Origin: Octopus sinensis
Taxonomy: Eukaryota
DNA length: 49,746 nt
Assembly (NCBI RefSeq): GCF_006345805.1
Contig: NW_021834320.1
Span: forward strand, 1 to 49,746
Reading direction: 5' to 3'
Positions within the stretch are counted from its first letter, which is position 1; the number at the start of each line of letters is the position of its first letter. Below the pieces are notes generated by a model. That model saw only the letters and a program-made list of their open reading frames with translations, ran no database searches and was not told where the DNA came from. The position numbers were made by a program, and so were the translations under genes. This document shows positions 1 to 11,999 of this stretch, one piece after another.

Positions 1-12
1 TTATCTTATATA

Positions 13-62
<50 letters not shown>

Positions 63-344
63 TATATATCTATATATATATATATAGATATATATATATA
101 TATATATATATATCTATTATATTATATATCTATATATATATACTATATATATATAAATTTACATCTAATATACGATAACATTTTTCGAAAAGAAAATTCT
201 ATCAATGGCCAGCATATTAAAAAATACGTTTAAAGGTTTGTTTATTTATATTCTATATGTATATATGAAAAGAGAGAGTGAGGGAGGAAGAGACAAATAG
301 GTAGATAGATAGATATTGATATACACACAGACACAGACACATAT

Positions 345-381
<37 letters not shown>

Positions 382-613
382 CTATATATATTAATATATG
401 AATTATTATATAAAATAAAATATTAGGGAATAAATCCAAACTTACAGGGAAAAATCAGATTTAGGATTGAATCCAATTTTATAGTAAAATATTTCTAATA
501 CTTTTAATACTTTTGATATATATTTGAAATAATATAATGAATTAATTTTATGTATTGGCTTAAGTTTTTCATTGTTTGATTTGCCTAATAGTGTTTTTAT
601 CTCTAATTCAATA

Positions 614-673
<60 letters not shown>

Positions 674-694
674 ACTATATGTATATATATATAT

Positions 695-735
<41 letters not shown>

Positions 736-899
736 ACACATATCACAACACACATATATATATCTATATTTTCATATATATATATATATATCTATATATA
801 TATATACCCACAACACATATCACAAATACATAATACACACACACATATATGTACATATATACATGTATATATACGTGTGTGGTACAAATAGATATATTC

Positions 900-1100
900 T
901 TTTATTCTTTTATTTTACTTATTTCAGTCATTTGACTGCGGCCAATTGACTTTGACCTAGTCAACTCCAGGACTTATTCTTTGTAAGCTTAGTACTTATT
1001 GTATTGGGCTCTTTTGATGAACTGCTAGGTCATGGGGGCATAAAGACACTAACATTGGTTGTCAAGTGATGGTGGGGGAGACAAACACAGACACAGAAAC
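900..1100 (-). mobile_element. SINE family A, 3' half
   Basis: ttcagtcatttgactgcggcc...ttggttgtcaag...gacaaacacagacac matches the 3' half of the intact copy at 33582-33987. Confidence 0.8.
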
Positions 1101-1174
1101 ATACACACACACACATATATATGTGTAGATATATATATATATATGTATATAATATATATATATATATATATATA

Positions 1175-2390
1175 AATATTTGAAATTTACAGAAGCAGGT
1201 GTATTAGTTTGAGACTTGGGAATATGAGAAAGACTTCTATGTTTCGAGCCTATGCTCTTCAACAGAAAGGAATATGAGGAAATAAACAGAGAGAAAAAAA
1301 GTCTTGTGGATTTAGCAATCAATTATGGTGAGTGGTTGGAAAAAAATAATTTGACAGGAGAGCTAGGAATAAGTGGAGATAATAAAGTACTGTTGATCTC
1401 AAAAAGAATGCGCACATGCGTGTGTGTATGTGAGAGTGTGTAAGTGTTTGTGACTCTGATGTGTGGATAATGGTGTGTGGTGTGGGTGCTGGGAAATGGT
1501 CAGTGCTAGTGTTTGTGGAGTGGTGTAAGGTGGTGTGATGTGGTGTGGTGGTGTGACAATGTGGGGAGGTGGGTGAGGATGTGGGGTAAGAATGTGGGGG
1601 GTGGAGGTGTGGGGTAGGGTGGGTGCATGTAGGTGTGAGAAGTGTGGTGTGTGGATGGAGGGTGTATCAATGAAGAGAGAAGGTGGGAAGGAGTGAAGAG
1701 AGGAAGTAGGTGTCATAGCAAGAGAGGAGAGGTGGGTAGGAGTGAAAAGAGGAAGTAGGTATCAGATGAAGAGGGAAGGGAAGTTGAGCCCATGTGGTGC
1801 AAAGGAGCAAAGAGAGAAGATAAATTCCTGTTCATGGCAAAAGGAGGAGTCCGGATGGTCTCTGCAAAGACAATCTGAACACAGACAAATATTGTAATGA
1901 ATGACTGGTAGAGCAGAAATGGCATGAGAGTGGGGAGTCATTGCTGAGTCTAATGTCTCGGAGGTGTTGCATGAACCAGTCAGCCAAGCAGCGTCTTGTT
2001 TGACCGATGTACAGAGAAGGGTAGAAAGAGCAGGAGATGCAGTAAATGACATAGCTAGAAGTTCAAATAAAGGAGTCAGTGATATGATAGGGATGATGAT
2101 AGGTGACTGTGAAGATGGTGGTGTTGGAGAGGTAGGAGCAAGCGTGACCGTATGGGTGGGAGAAGAGGAATGAGCCAGGTTGGGAGGTGGAGTTAGGAAA
2201 GAAACTGTGGACCAGTCACATAGGTTGTGGACTCATTTGAAGGAGGGAAGGGGTTGGTTGAGGAAGATGTGCGAACTGGAGGAGTTGGACTGGAGTCGCT
2301 GAAAGGCTCGGAGAACAGTACATTGTAGGGGCAGGGTGAAGGGGTGGTAGGTGAGGGGAAACGGGAGACAGGCAATGGTGGGATGGGTGC
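1175..2390 (-). mobile_element. Penelope-like element, 3' fragment (GIY-YIG remnant plus tail)
   Basis: Minus strand around 2030-1850 reads TSSYVIYCISCSFYPSLYIGQTRRCLADWFMQHLRDI, then a frameshift to EQEFIFSLCSFAPHGLN. The tail carries a hammerhead-like motif. Confidence 0.8.
1234..1269 (-). ncRNA. Minimal hammerhead-like motif in the Penelope tail (degenerate)
   Basis: cuuu CUGUUGA a GAGC auag GCUC GAAAC AUA gaag. Core has U at position 6. Stem III reads ACAU, probably a decayed ACGU palindrome. Confidence 0.5.
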
Positions 2391-2394
2391 AGGG

Positions 2395-2545
2395 AATATA
2401 CGATGGGCTTATTTCAGTTGCTGTGTACCAAATCCACTCACAAGGCTTTGGTCAGCCCAAGGCTATAGTAGAAGACACTTGCCCAAGGTACTACACAGTG
2501 GGACTGTACCTGGAACCATGTGGTTGGGAAGCCTGTGCTTATATA
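2395..2545 (-). mobile_element. SINE family A, 5' half
   Basis: ccaaatccactcacaaggctttgg...gaagacacttgcccaagg...gaaccatgtggttgg matches the head region of the intact copy. Confidence 0.8.
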
Positions 2546-2603
2546 TATATTTGACATTGAATTTTTAAACTATCATAAAATCAAAAATAAAAATCTCACT
2601 AAC

Positions 2604-2804
2604 ATCTTTATAGCCACAGCTTTTGGATATTTCACAGAAATCAAAGCTGTCATGGTTTCCAGCATCTGTCATTTGACCACCAACAGAATCATGACAGCCA
2701 TTGTTAATGATGACATGTTTCAGATTATCAGGTCCTCTCTGACCAATTGTACTTAATGCACCCATGTGCATAATAACAGCACCATCTCCATCGAGACAAA
2801 ATAC
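2604..2804 (-). CDS. ppd: Phosphonopyruvate decarboxylase, internal exon E (201 bp; VFCLDGDGAVIMHMG...IINNGCHDSVGGQ...GYKD)
   Basis: Acceptor ttttctctttacag. Contains the ThDP/Mg-binding motif GDG-x25-NN and HDSVGGQ. The donor is either gttagt (exon ends 2604) or gtgaga (ends 2600); this cannot be resolved without the next exon. Confidence 0.95.
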
Positions 2805-3077
2805 CTGTAAAGAGAAAAACATAGAACACATATATGTATACAAAGTCATTTATTTATTTTATTTTATAGAGCATTTAGTGAATAATAACATCGTTGGTTG
2901 CAGGTTCAATCCATAAGTTACACTTAGTAATTCTGAAAAGAAAGTGGCATAAAAGTGTTGTAATGAAAAGGCATTATATGTAAAGAATACATGGGAGAAA
3001 GAGGGTCACTTAAACATGGATTCAACCAAGGGACCAGCAAATCAAGTTGACAACAGTTTAATAAGATAAAATAAAGA

Positions 3078-3278
3078 TATAAAGGCAAGAAAATCCCCTG
3101 GACCATCAGGAATCACTGCTGAGATGCTTAAAATATCTGGTACAGCAGGTTACCCACATGATCAACCATGTTGTGCAGGAAGGTGTCATACCTAAGAGTG
3201 GTGTTGCAGCATTATAGTTAACAATTACAAGGTTAAAGTAGATGCCTTTGAGGATATAGATTTATAACACAATTACAA

Positions 3279-3311
<33 letters not shown>

Positions 3312-4625
3312 AAGAGAGAGTTAGCCTAGATAAGATGCAGTTTGATTTTGTACCAGAGAAAATTACTATGGATGCTCTCTTCCTAGTAAGATAGCTGCAT
3401 AAGTACATAACTCAAAGTAAGCGATTATACAAAACCTTCAAAAAGGTCCCTCATTCAGTGACCTGGAGCTTTCTAAGGAAGCAAGGAGTAGATGTATGGC
3501 TTGTGAGGTTAATAAAAAACATTTACAGAGATACTATCAGTAAAGTGAGAGTCAACAATAAGTATGGAGATGAATGTAGTGCGGAGGTAGGACATCAGGG
3601 TTTAGTTCTCAGTTCCCTCCTATTTATTTAAGTTCTCCAACCCATAACACAGAAGTTTAAGACTGGTTGCCTGTAGTAACTCATATATACTGATAACCTT
3701 GTTATGGTAGCCGAATTTGTAGTGGAATTGAAAAAGAAATTTTGGGTGCAGAAGCAGAACCTAGAATCACAGCACTTTAAAGTTAATTAGGCAAAGACCA
3801 GAGTTTAACCAAGTGGGAAAACAGACAGGTCCCTACTCTAAGCAGGGAAATGAGTTTTCTTCATATGTAGACAAGGAGTAGGTAGAAATTCCATACAGTG
3901 TACCAAATGCAAATTTAGGACACACAAGAAATGCAGTGATATCTTAAGTTAACAAAGTAGACTTTGTTTATGATAGATGCTCAGGTGCAATAAACACTAA
4001 GAACACATAAGAAATAGTCTTTCTCAATTGCCCAAAAAGATCCCAGGAAGTAATAGAAAACTGTTACCATGGTGACCAAATTAGCAGTGGTGGAGATTGC
4101 TCTGAAAATATAGCTACTAGAATATGAACAGGCTGGAGGAAGTTCATAGAGCTTTTACATCAGTAAGTAACAAAAGGTTTCTATTTAAGAGAGAAAGGCA
4201 GATTACATGATGCTTGTGTATGAACTGCTATGCTACATGGTAATGAGACATGAGACCTTATTACAGAGGACTTCCAAAAACTAAAAAGAAATGAAGCTAG
4301 CATGCTCCAATGGATGTGCAATGTAGGTGTGCATGAATAACATAAGGCAAATGTGTTGAGAGCAAAATTGGGCAAAAGTGAGGGATCAGATGAAGTGGGC
4401 AAAAAAGACATATGCTGTGTATCAATGAAGACAGCTCTATAAAGAAACTGCCAGTCATTTAATGTGTATGGAGCTTGGGGAAGAGGTAGGCTCAGGAGAT
4501 TTGGGACAAAGTAGGGAAAGCTGATCTTTGAACCTTATGGAAGAGATGATAAAGGACTGAAATGACTAGTGATATCAAGAACATAGGCTCATCTTGGCAA
4601 AACTGAGGTTCTGAGGCACAACACA
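3078..4625 (+). mobile_element. Degraded RTE LINE fragment (RT to C-terminus)
   Basis: Homologous to the RTE at 28345-32870 (cctggaccatcaggaatcactgctgagatgct; gctatgctacatggtaatgagacatg). Many stops and frameshifts. Confidence 0.8.
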
Positions 4626-4865
4626 CACGTGAATGATACAATAGAAACAGCTCTATAGAAAAAATTCTATAGTAAAAATTGCCAGAAGCTGATTTTTTGT
4701 TCTGGAAAAATCCCTTTATAGATGTATTGTGTTTTTTAATACAATATGTCAATAAAGGAATTTTTCCTGAGCAGAAACCACAGCTTCTGGTGATTTGACT
4801 ACACATGAGCATTAAACATGTATTGAAAGAATTTTTACTATAGAGTTGCTTCTATTGCCTTATCT

Positions 4866-5230
4866 TTTAATTGTTTCAGTCATTTGTCTACAGCCATCCC
4901 AGGACACCACCTTGAAGAATTTTTAGTTGAATGAGTTGACCCTAGTACTTATTTTTTTTAAAGTCTAGTACTTAGTCTATCAAACTCTTTTGCAGAATTT
5001 CTATGTTATGGGGATGTAAACACACCAATATTGGTTGTCAAGTGGTAGTAGAGGACAAACAGAGACACAACACACACACAAACTACAGGTTTCTCTCAGT
5101 TTCCATCTACTAATTTGGTCAACCCAAGGCTATAGTAGAAGACACTTGCTCAAGGTGTCATGCAGTGGGACCAAACCTAGAACCATGTGGATGGGAAGCA
5201 AACTTTTTACCACACAGCCACACCTGTGCC
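4866..5230 (-). mobile_element. SINE family A, diverged full copy
   Basis: Head accacacagccacacctgtgcc and tail ttgtttcagtcatttg match family A. Confidence 0.8.
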
Positions 5231-6725
5231 TACATACTATATGTATATAGTTCAGACTAGCTGATTCAAAATTGCTTTAGAAGTGACATGAGCATGTGAC
5301 ATTGATAAGCTGCAACAACAGCAATACTATCTGTCACCCTTGTGGGACTTCTAAGGTGATTTCATTTCACCTAGTTCTGAAGGATATTGTACCTTTTAGT
5401 ACAATCCATCTATAAAGGGATTTTTCTTGGATGAAAATCATAGCTTCTAGTGGCATTTCAACTACACACATACATTAAGCATGTTGTATTGATAGAATTT
5501 ATACACACATATATATATATTTTTGATATCATTAAAAGAAATAATTGTTTATTATGGACTTCTGGTAACACATGCACAATGATATACAGTAATCTCTTTT
5601 ATACTGTCCTCAGCCAGAGTGAAATGTGCATGACAGGACTACAGTTTATACACAAAAGCAAACAAGAAGTAGCCTCTCATTTGAATTGCATGTTTGAATA
5701 TTTCTGCAACTTCATTTGCAATTTGTGTGATATAAACCATAAAAAAATTTTCATTACTTTTTTATTACACATTTATCGATGTTAATAGTGGGTGTTTTCT
5801 TCCTGCTTTTTTAATACTAATAATATTTTGTTTTAAACTTGTTTCAGTTGCTGACAAAGTTTTGAGTTGAAACCTTTATGGTAGTAGGATTTACTCTTAT
5901 TATTACAACTTATCATCATTGTTTTTTATTATTAGATGCATGTTCTGTTACCAACTGTTTTGCAATATTTCATCTTATAACTGTCTGCTTTAAATTTTGC
6001 ATTTTCAACAGTTGCATGCTTTACTGGCATTCCACTAAGGACTAATATTTTAATATTAATTATATTAATAATAAAATTGCTCAAGGAGTCATAGGTAGTG
6101 CTGACAGGAGCAGTACATGTCAGAAAGTAAAAACTCAACAAGTAACACTTCAGTAAATACCACAACTTAGCAAGCACTAACAATTCACACACAGACACAT
6201 CTATATACATTCACACATATATATATATACACACATATATACATACACACACATGCACACACACACGCACACGTGCATACATGTGCACACACACACATAC
6301 TTCACTATGTTAGTACTTGCTAAGTGTGGCATTTGGTGAAATGTTACTTGTTAAGTTTTTACTGGCTGAGTTAGGGTGTAATCTGTTGACAGATGACTCT
6401 GACTTCTATGAGAGGATGATGAAAATGACAGCTCTGTATATACTGATCTTGGCTTAAAAGGATGACTACTGTTCTATAGCATGTTATAAAACTTTCACAA
6501 TAGTATAGGTAGTTTGATATAAAATCAGTTAAAATTTAGAATATTTTCTTGCCATATAGTTAAACCAGAAGTGAAAGTTTATATTGAAATAAGATTTGTT
6601 ATTTGCATTCATTTACATATCCTAGTCATGCATTTCATGCCTTGCATCCCTGCAGGAGTCCCAACAATTTTAAACAAACATACCTGCATGAAGAGCAATG
6701 TTCTAAATATATTATTCATTTATAT

Positions 6726-7684
6726 TGATACGAGCAGGTCAGCAGGGACACTTCTATGACCTACTTTGCTTGGCTTGGAGACTGAAAGTCTACAATGTAA
6801 AGTTGTAGTTCTTTGTTCACGAAAGAGTGATGGCTTTTGGAAGGACCCCTACCCTTTTGCCGGTCAGGGAAGGGTCAGAGAAACTACCTTATAAAAAGGA
6901 GCTGTGAGTCTGTAAGTCAGTTCCAGCGGAGAGATTGAGGTAGTAACATGGCAGTCAGGATTTGGGATTCAAGGCAAGCAGTTGGCAGTTGGATTGTACA
7001 GCGAGTTAGTAATGGTTTGTTCTGCTGTGACAGAGAGAGATATACAGAGGATTAGGCAGCCAATAGAGATGAGCTACATTGTGAGGCATTGGCTGATGTA
7101 ACGGTATGTGTTGTGAATTGTAACGTGAATTGTTGTATTGATATGTGAATTGAGTAATGAACATTGTTTATGTTGTTGATGGTTATAAAGAGAACTGTTA
7201 AAGAAAAAGAAAGACTCTGATATAGTCTTTAAAGACTGAAAAGAACTATGAACTGTATCGTTAATGTGAACTGTTGTGAATTGAACATTGATTTGTAACG
7301 TGAACTTATTTGTCTATGAACATTGTATATGCCTTTAATGTGATTTGAAACAGAACTATTGTCCCCGGACTGTATATTGTATCTGTATGTTTAAATGCTT
7401 TGATCTGTTGTATACCTGTTTCTTGACCTGTTGTTTTCTTTAAAGGCTGTTGTATCTTGATGTATTTTATGTAACAATTATAAAGTGTTATAAACTAGTA
7501 GGTTAAACGTAGCCAATTGCCTTCTTTGTGTCTCTCTTGATTGCCTCTGTGTCTCTTCTTGCGGCTGTTGTTGTAGTTGTTGTCTCTCTCTCCTCTCCGA
7601 GTTTCCATGGCGAACATTCGCTGATCGATCGGGCCTGTGTGAGGGATTCCGTAACAGCTTTCGTTCGGAGGTCCCCCCATAACA
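6726..7684. mobile_element. Probable solo LTR (959 bp)
   Basis: Ends TGATACG...CATAACA (TG..CA, imperfect terminal inverted repeat). Flanked by ATAT on both sides (6722-6725, 7685-7688). TATA-like tataaaa near 6890. No coding sequence. The TSD is low complexity, so support is moderate. Confidence 0.55.
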
Positions 7685-7916
7685 ATATATATTTGGAAGT
7701 ACAAATGGGGGGAAGTGTATCTAATGCATATAGTAGAGTTTACTCATTTAAAACTGATATATATATATTTATTTATATAATATTTGGATTAGGAATGGTA
7801 CTGGAGTAAATGGGTAAGATATAACTCTGTTCCAAGTTCAAAACTGAATGGAAGACTAAAACTAAAATCTTCTATATATAATTCTTGAAGGGTTAACACA
7901 ATAATATGATACTTAC

Positions 7917-8022
7917 TTGTTTGTTAGGTTTCTGTAAAGCAATTCCAAGAGCAATTGCTGAAGCATGGCCCATAGAACCAACTGTGAGGAAGTCACGCTC
8001 ATGACCCATATCTTTCTCGACT
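7917..8022 (-). CDS. ppd: Phosphonopyruvate decarboxylase, internal exon D (106 bp; VEKDMGHERDFLTVGSMGHASAIALGIALQKPNKQ)
   Basis: Acceptor ttcttatcttag, donor CAA|gtaagt. Carries the GHERDFLTVGSMGHAS motif of Ppd. Confidence 0.95.
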
Positions 8023-8089
8023 CTAAGATAAGAAATAGTTTTATGTTGACATCATTTATGCAGATATAATTACAATAACAGTCCTTTCT

Positions 8090-8282
8090 ATTATAAGCAC
8101 AAGCCTGAAATTTGGGGGAGGAGAATAGTTGATAATATTGAGCCCAGTATGCAACTGGTACTTATTTCATCAACCCTGAAAGGATGAAAGGCAAAGTCAA
8201 TCTCGATGACATTTGAACCCAGAATGTAAAATCAGACAAAATGCCACTAAGCATTGTGCTTGGCATGCCAGCTCACCACCTA
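8090..8282 (-). mobile_element. SINE family B
   Basis: ccctgaaaggatgaaaggcaaagtc...atttgaacccagaa...gctcaccacct. The same sequence recurs at 8915, 19045, 20780 and 21160. Confidence 0.75.
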
Positions 8283-8494
8283 CAATTATAATAATGATGT
8301 CAAAAATTTATGTGACATTAAAATATAAGTGAAGTCAGATAAGAGTTAACAAACAGTAATTAAATTTGAATTATAGATTCACTAGTACAAAGCTCATCTA
8401 CTTTTAGCATATTAGTATCGGTTCAGAATTGAGATAATTTATGAAAAGGAAGCCTAGTTTGGGGGATGTTTTGACCCCAGTATGTTATAATAAT

Positions 8495-8880
8495 TGTATG
8501 ATGCTTGTGTATGAACTGCAATGCTACATGGTAATGAGACATGGGGCCTTAATGCAGACTTGCAAAAACTAAAAAGAAATGAAACTGGTATGTTCCAATG
8601 TGGTGAAAGCAAAACTGGACAAAAGAGGGGGATCAGGTGTAGTGGGCAAGAAAGATGTGTGATATGTATCAACGAAGACAGCTCTATAAAGAAACTGCCA
8701 GCCACTTAATATGTATGGAGCTTGGAGAATAGGAAGGCTCAGGAGATTTGGGACAAAGTAGAGAAAGCTTATCTTTGAACCTAATGGAAGAGATGACAAA
8801 GGACTGAGATGACTGGTGATATCAAATGCTCAAGAACACTGGCTCGTTTCGGCAAAACTAAAGTTCTGAAACCACAACAC
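8495..8880 (+). mobile_element. RTE LINE C-terminal fragment
   Basis: Translates MLHGNETWGLNADLQKLKRNETGMFQ..., homologous to ORF 28984-29565. Confidence 0.8.
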
Positions 8881-8914
8881 ACATAAACTCATGCACACAC
8901 ACATCATTATCAAC

Positions 8915-9030
8915 AATGTTGGCAGAATCATTAGCATGCCAGGCAAAATGCATGGTGGAATTTCGTCCATTTTTACCTTCTGGGTTCAAAAGTCGATTTT
9001 GCCTTTCATCCTTTCAGGGTTGATGAAATA
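8915..9030 (+). mobile_element. SINE family B, 5' part
   Basis: ttggcagaatcattagcatgccaggc...gggttcaaa...gcctttcatcctttcagggttg; A-box- and B-box-like head. Confidence 0.7.
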
Positions 9031-9571
9031 GTATGTTATAAATGAGAGAATTTTTTGACTACATTATATGTGTTACTGTTTTAATACAATACAGATTAGA
9101 CCCATTTGGATATATTATAGCTGTGACAGTCTTGTTTGTTACATATGTGTCACTGTTTGGTTATATTAAACATGTATTTAACAAATACCTGTCTTAACTC
9201 AAGATAATTGGGATAACAGTAAGAAAATGACTGACATTGAAACCTACAAACACCACTAACAAATAGAAAACATAAGCATAGCTCTCTCTCTCTCTCTCTT
9301 TCTCTCTCAACTATAATGTTGTAAGGTCCATGAATAACAAGAATTATATTTAATAACAGAAAGCTTCAATAATTTTACTTCCCATCTATTCACTTAAAGT
9401 CCAAGTCACTATGGTACATAGTCTCTTCTAAAATAGTTCTTTGTTGACCTTAAAAATGGGACTACAGCCATCATTTTAAACTTGTGCAATATACAATAAA
9501 AGTAGCCAAATTTACAGTATTAAAACCACCTGGTCAACAACTAGAACCATTGGATGTATAAAACTACTTAC

Positions 9572-9682
9572 CTATACTCAAAGAGTTCCCTAGATAACAT
9601 TCCTGTTGTACTGACTACAGCAACTTTACTGCCAATGTTATCGATGATAATCTTCATGGCTTCCTCACGAGTCAGTAAAAAT
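9572..9682 (-). CDS. ppd: Phosphonopyruvate decarboxylase, internal exon C (111 bp; FLLTREEAMKIIIDNIGSKVAVVSTTGMLSRELFEYR)
   Basis: Acceptor ctgtttatctag, donor AG|gtaagt. Carries the REEA and STTGMxSRELFEYR motifs typical of Ppd/AepY. Confidence 0.95.
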
Positions 9683-9949
9683 CTAGATAAACAGAGGGAA
9701 AGATTTAAATTGATCTTGCTTAAATTTAAGGCTGCTTGTTAAATGGAAAACCATTTTCAACTGCTGACATACAAAACATATATAAGAGATTTTCATAAAA
9801 AGGTATTAATATAAAAACATTTTAAAAGAAGTAAGATGTTTAAAGATAATACTAAGATTAAGCATACACTTAACAGAACAGCATAGTATTGCATGAATGT
9901 GTAGTTATATACACTATGAACACATATATATAAATCATCATTATTTTAT

Positions 9950-10135
9950 GTCTGTTTTTACATGCTGGCATGAATTAGATAATCTTCTTTGACACAATAT
10001 CACACTATCCATTGCAGTAACCTCATCAGCCCTTTTATGAGAGCCAGCATCCTGATAGCAGACCCTCAACATCTCTTCAAACATTTTCCTTAATCTTCCT
10101 CTTCTACAGGTTCCTTCTATATGGGTTGTTTGATA
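9950..10135 (-). mobile_element. RTE LINE 3' coding relic
   Basis: Reads THIEGTCRRGRLRKMFEEMLR, similar to the RTE C-terminus VEGTCGRGRPRKTW. Confidence 0.6.
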
Positions 10136-10349
10136 TTTCATCCAACTTATTTTGATTTGCCAAGCATAATACTAAAAGTTCTATTTTGCAGGAGTATCAG
10201 TATTAAATCAATATCTAACAATAATAAAATATTCAAAAATATTCAATGGTGTGATAAATTAAAAACAATAAATTTCACTCAAAGCCCAAAATTTGAAAGA
10301 GTAGATTAAATATGGAAGTATTAAAGGTAATATACTAATTATCTTCAAG

Positions 10350-10610
10350 TGAGTGCACATGGCCTAGTAGTTAGGGTGTCACAGTCATGATCACAAGATA
10401 GTGGTTTCAACCCCTACATTGCTCTGAGATCATTTTGATACTTGACATGTGGTACACTATGCACCAATTCAGGTTACGTTGATTTCATGAAGGAGTGAAC
10501 TAATGTACAATGCATACATTTGACCACTATAAACATATCATTTGTGCAAGTCCTTCTGAAAAAAATTAAACACTCAATATGCTGTCCTCAACAGGAGAGT
10601 CTATCATCTT
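10350..10610 (+). mobile_element. tRNA-headed SINE family C
   Basis: Head catggcctagtagttaggg...gtggtttcaacccct (A/B-box-like) followed by a non-coding body. Confidence 0.6.
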
Positions 10611-10830
10611 GAACTGAGTAAACTGTGGAAATTCATGAAGAAGAAACAAGAGTAAAGGAAGATTTAATTTTGACTTTCATGAATGTGGTGGTATACAGAT
10701 ACTTTGTATTTCATATAAGTGACTGAATTGATTACCAGTCTCTAGGCCAAAGTTTCAAGGGATCATATCATGGTCCAGATCACTGCTGTAGGTGATAAGG
10801 GTGACAGGTTATTTTTTAGTCGTACTTTAA

Positions 10831-11050
10831 CACTTTTGTTACTAACCCGGCCAAAACCGGCTCTGGCTCTGTGGTAAAATGTCTTGTTTTCATAAGTTTT
10901 GAATTAAAATATTCCACCAAGCCTTAGACACAATTTATGTTCCAAACACTAGCTTAATGAAAACTAAGTTGTTTTACTAAATTCTTTGTTATATTTAAAA
11001 TAATTGAAAGGAACACGGAGCATCTCAAACTAAATACAGTAACAAAAGAG
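10831..11050. mobile_element. piggyBac-type MITE (220 bp)
   Basis: TTAA on both sides (10827-10830, 11051-11054). TIRs cacttttgttact / agtaacaaaagag. An inverted homolog lies at 37100-37314. Confidence 0.8.
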
Positions 11051-11479
11051 TTAACTTGCAATACTGAGATTAAATGGTTTTATGGACAAAACCAGTGATA
11101 GACTGATATCTAGAAAAGGATATATCATTGAATTATTACCTTGAAATGTACAATAAACTCCACCACACAGCAATATTTTAGTACAAAAGCAGTAGAAAAA
11201 AAACAAATCTAATAGAAAACATGCCTTTTTGATCTTTGTAAACTTTATTTTCTCACTTTATTATAAATATTTTTCTGCAATGCTACTCTACATATTATAC
11301 ACAGCCAGACACTGGTTATATGGTAAAATAATAGGGAAATAAAAGGTAATAGTGTGAAACTACAAACATTTTTTAGTAGTAACATTTTACTACTATTACT
11401 AAAATGGAAAATCCAACTTTTCAAATAACTTAAAAGTAAAACAAAACAAAAAAATTAGATAAATCAAAGACAAACATAC

Positions 11480-11586
11480 TCAGGAGCTTTTTTTCTCAAT
11501 TTATAGGGAAGAAATGTTTGCCTCCTTACAAGCAAACAATAAGGACCTTTTGAACTTTCCATATAATGACGGGCAGTTTTTAAAGC
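11480..11586 (-). CDS. ppd: Phosphonopyruvate decarboxylase, internal exon B (107 bp; ALKTARHYMESSKGPYCLLVRRQTFLPYKLRKKAPE)
   Basis: Acceptor taacttttttctag, donor GA|gtatgt. Phase 0 in and phase 2 out, matching the neighbouring exons. Confidence 0.9.
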
Positions 11587-11999
11587 CTAGAAAAAAGTTA
11601 ATAAAATATCTTTCACATTTGTTTACACAGAAATCATATATTTTCTATTTCACATAAGAATTTAATTTGATAACTGAAATTCATCTAAGATTAAACATTT
11701 AAAAAATATTCATATCCAGAGAAAAGATTGTAATATACACTCAGGGCCTATGTGAGTGGAGTTCAGCCAATACATCAGCCTTGAGATCCAAGAAGTGACT
11801 ATAAATTTCTGATGGGAAAGAAGTAGGGGCTTCTTAAATTAAAACAGCTCATGACATCATTCTGCTGCAGTTTTTTTTTATGAGTTATTCATTGTCAAAT
11901 TCCTATCAACTAGAAATTCACTTGTTTCTTTTATCTTTTATCTTTTACTGGTTTCAGCCCAGGGCTGAAGTCATGCTGGTGCACCACCTGTAGTTACTC

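Noticed and set aside
242-891. IY/YI-rich ORFs (also 27708-28385, 33068-33288, 39545-40162, 45749-47869)
   Set aside because: Translations of (TA)n/(TG)n microsatellites; stop-free only because of low complexity.
1-2599. Further ppd exons downstream of exon E, or upstream of exon A (45222-49746)
   Set aside because: No segment with the expected C-terminal (LGRP-type) or N-terminal (GVPDS, NEG, QNSG, GWRG, DEPQH) motifs and splice sites was found; presumed outside the window. A very short exon could have been missed.
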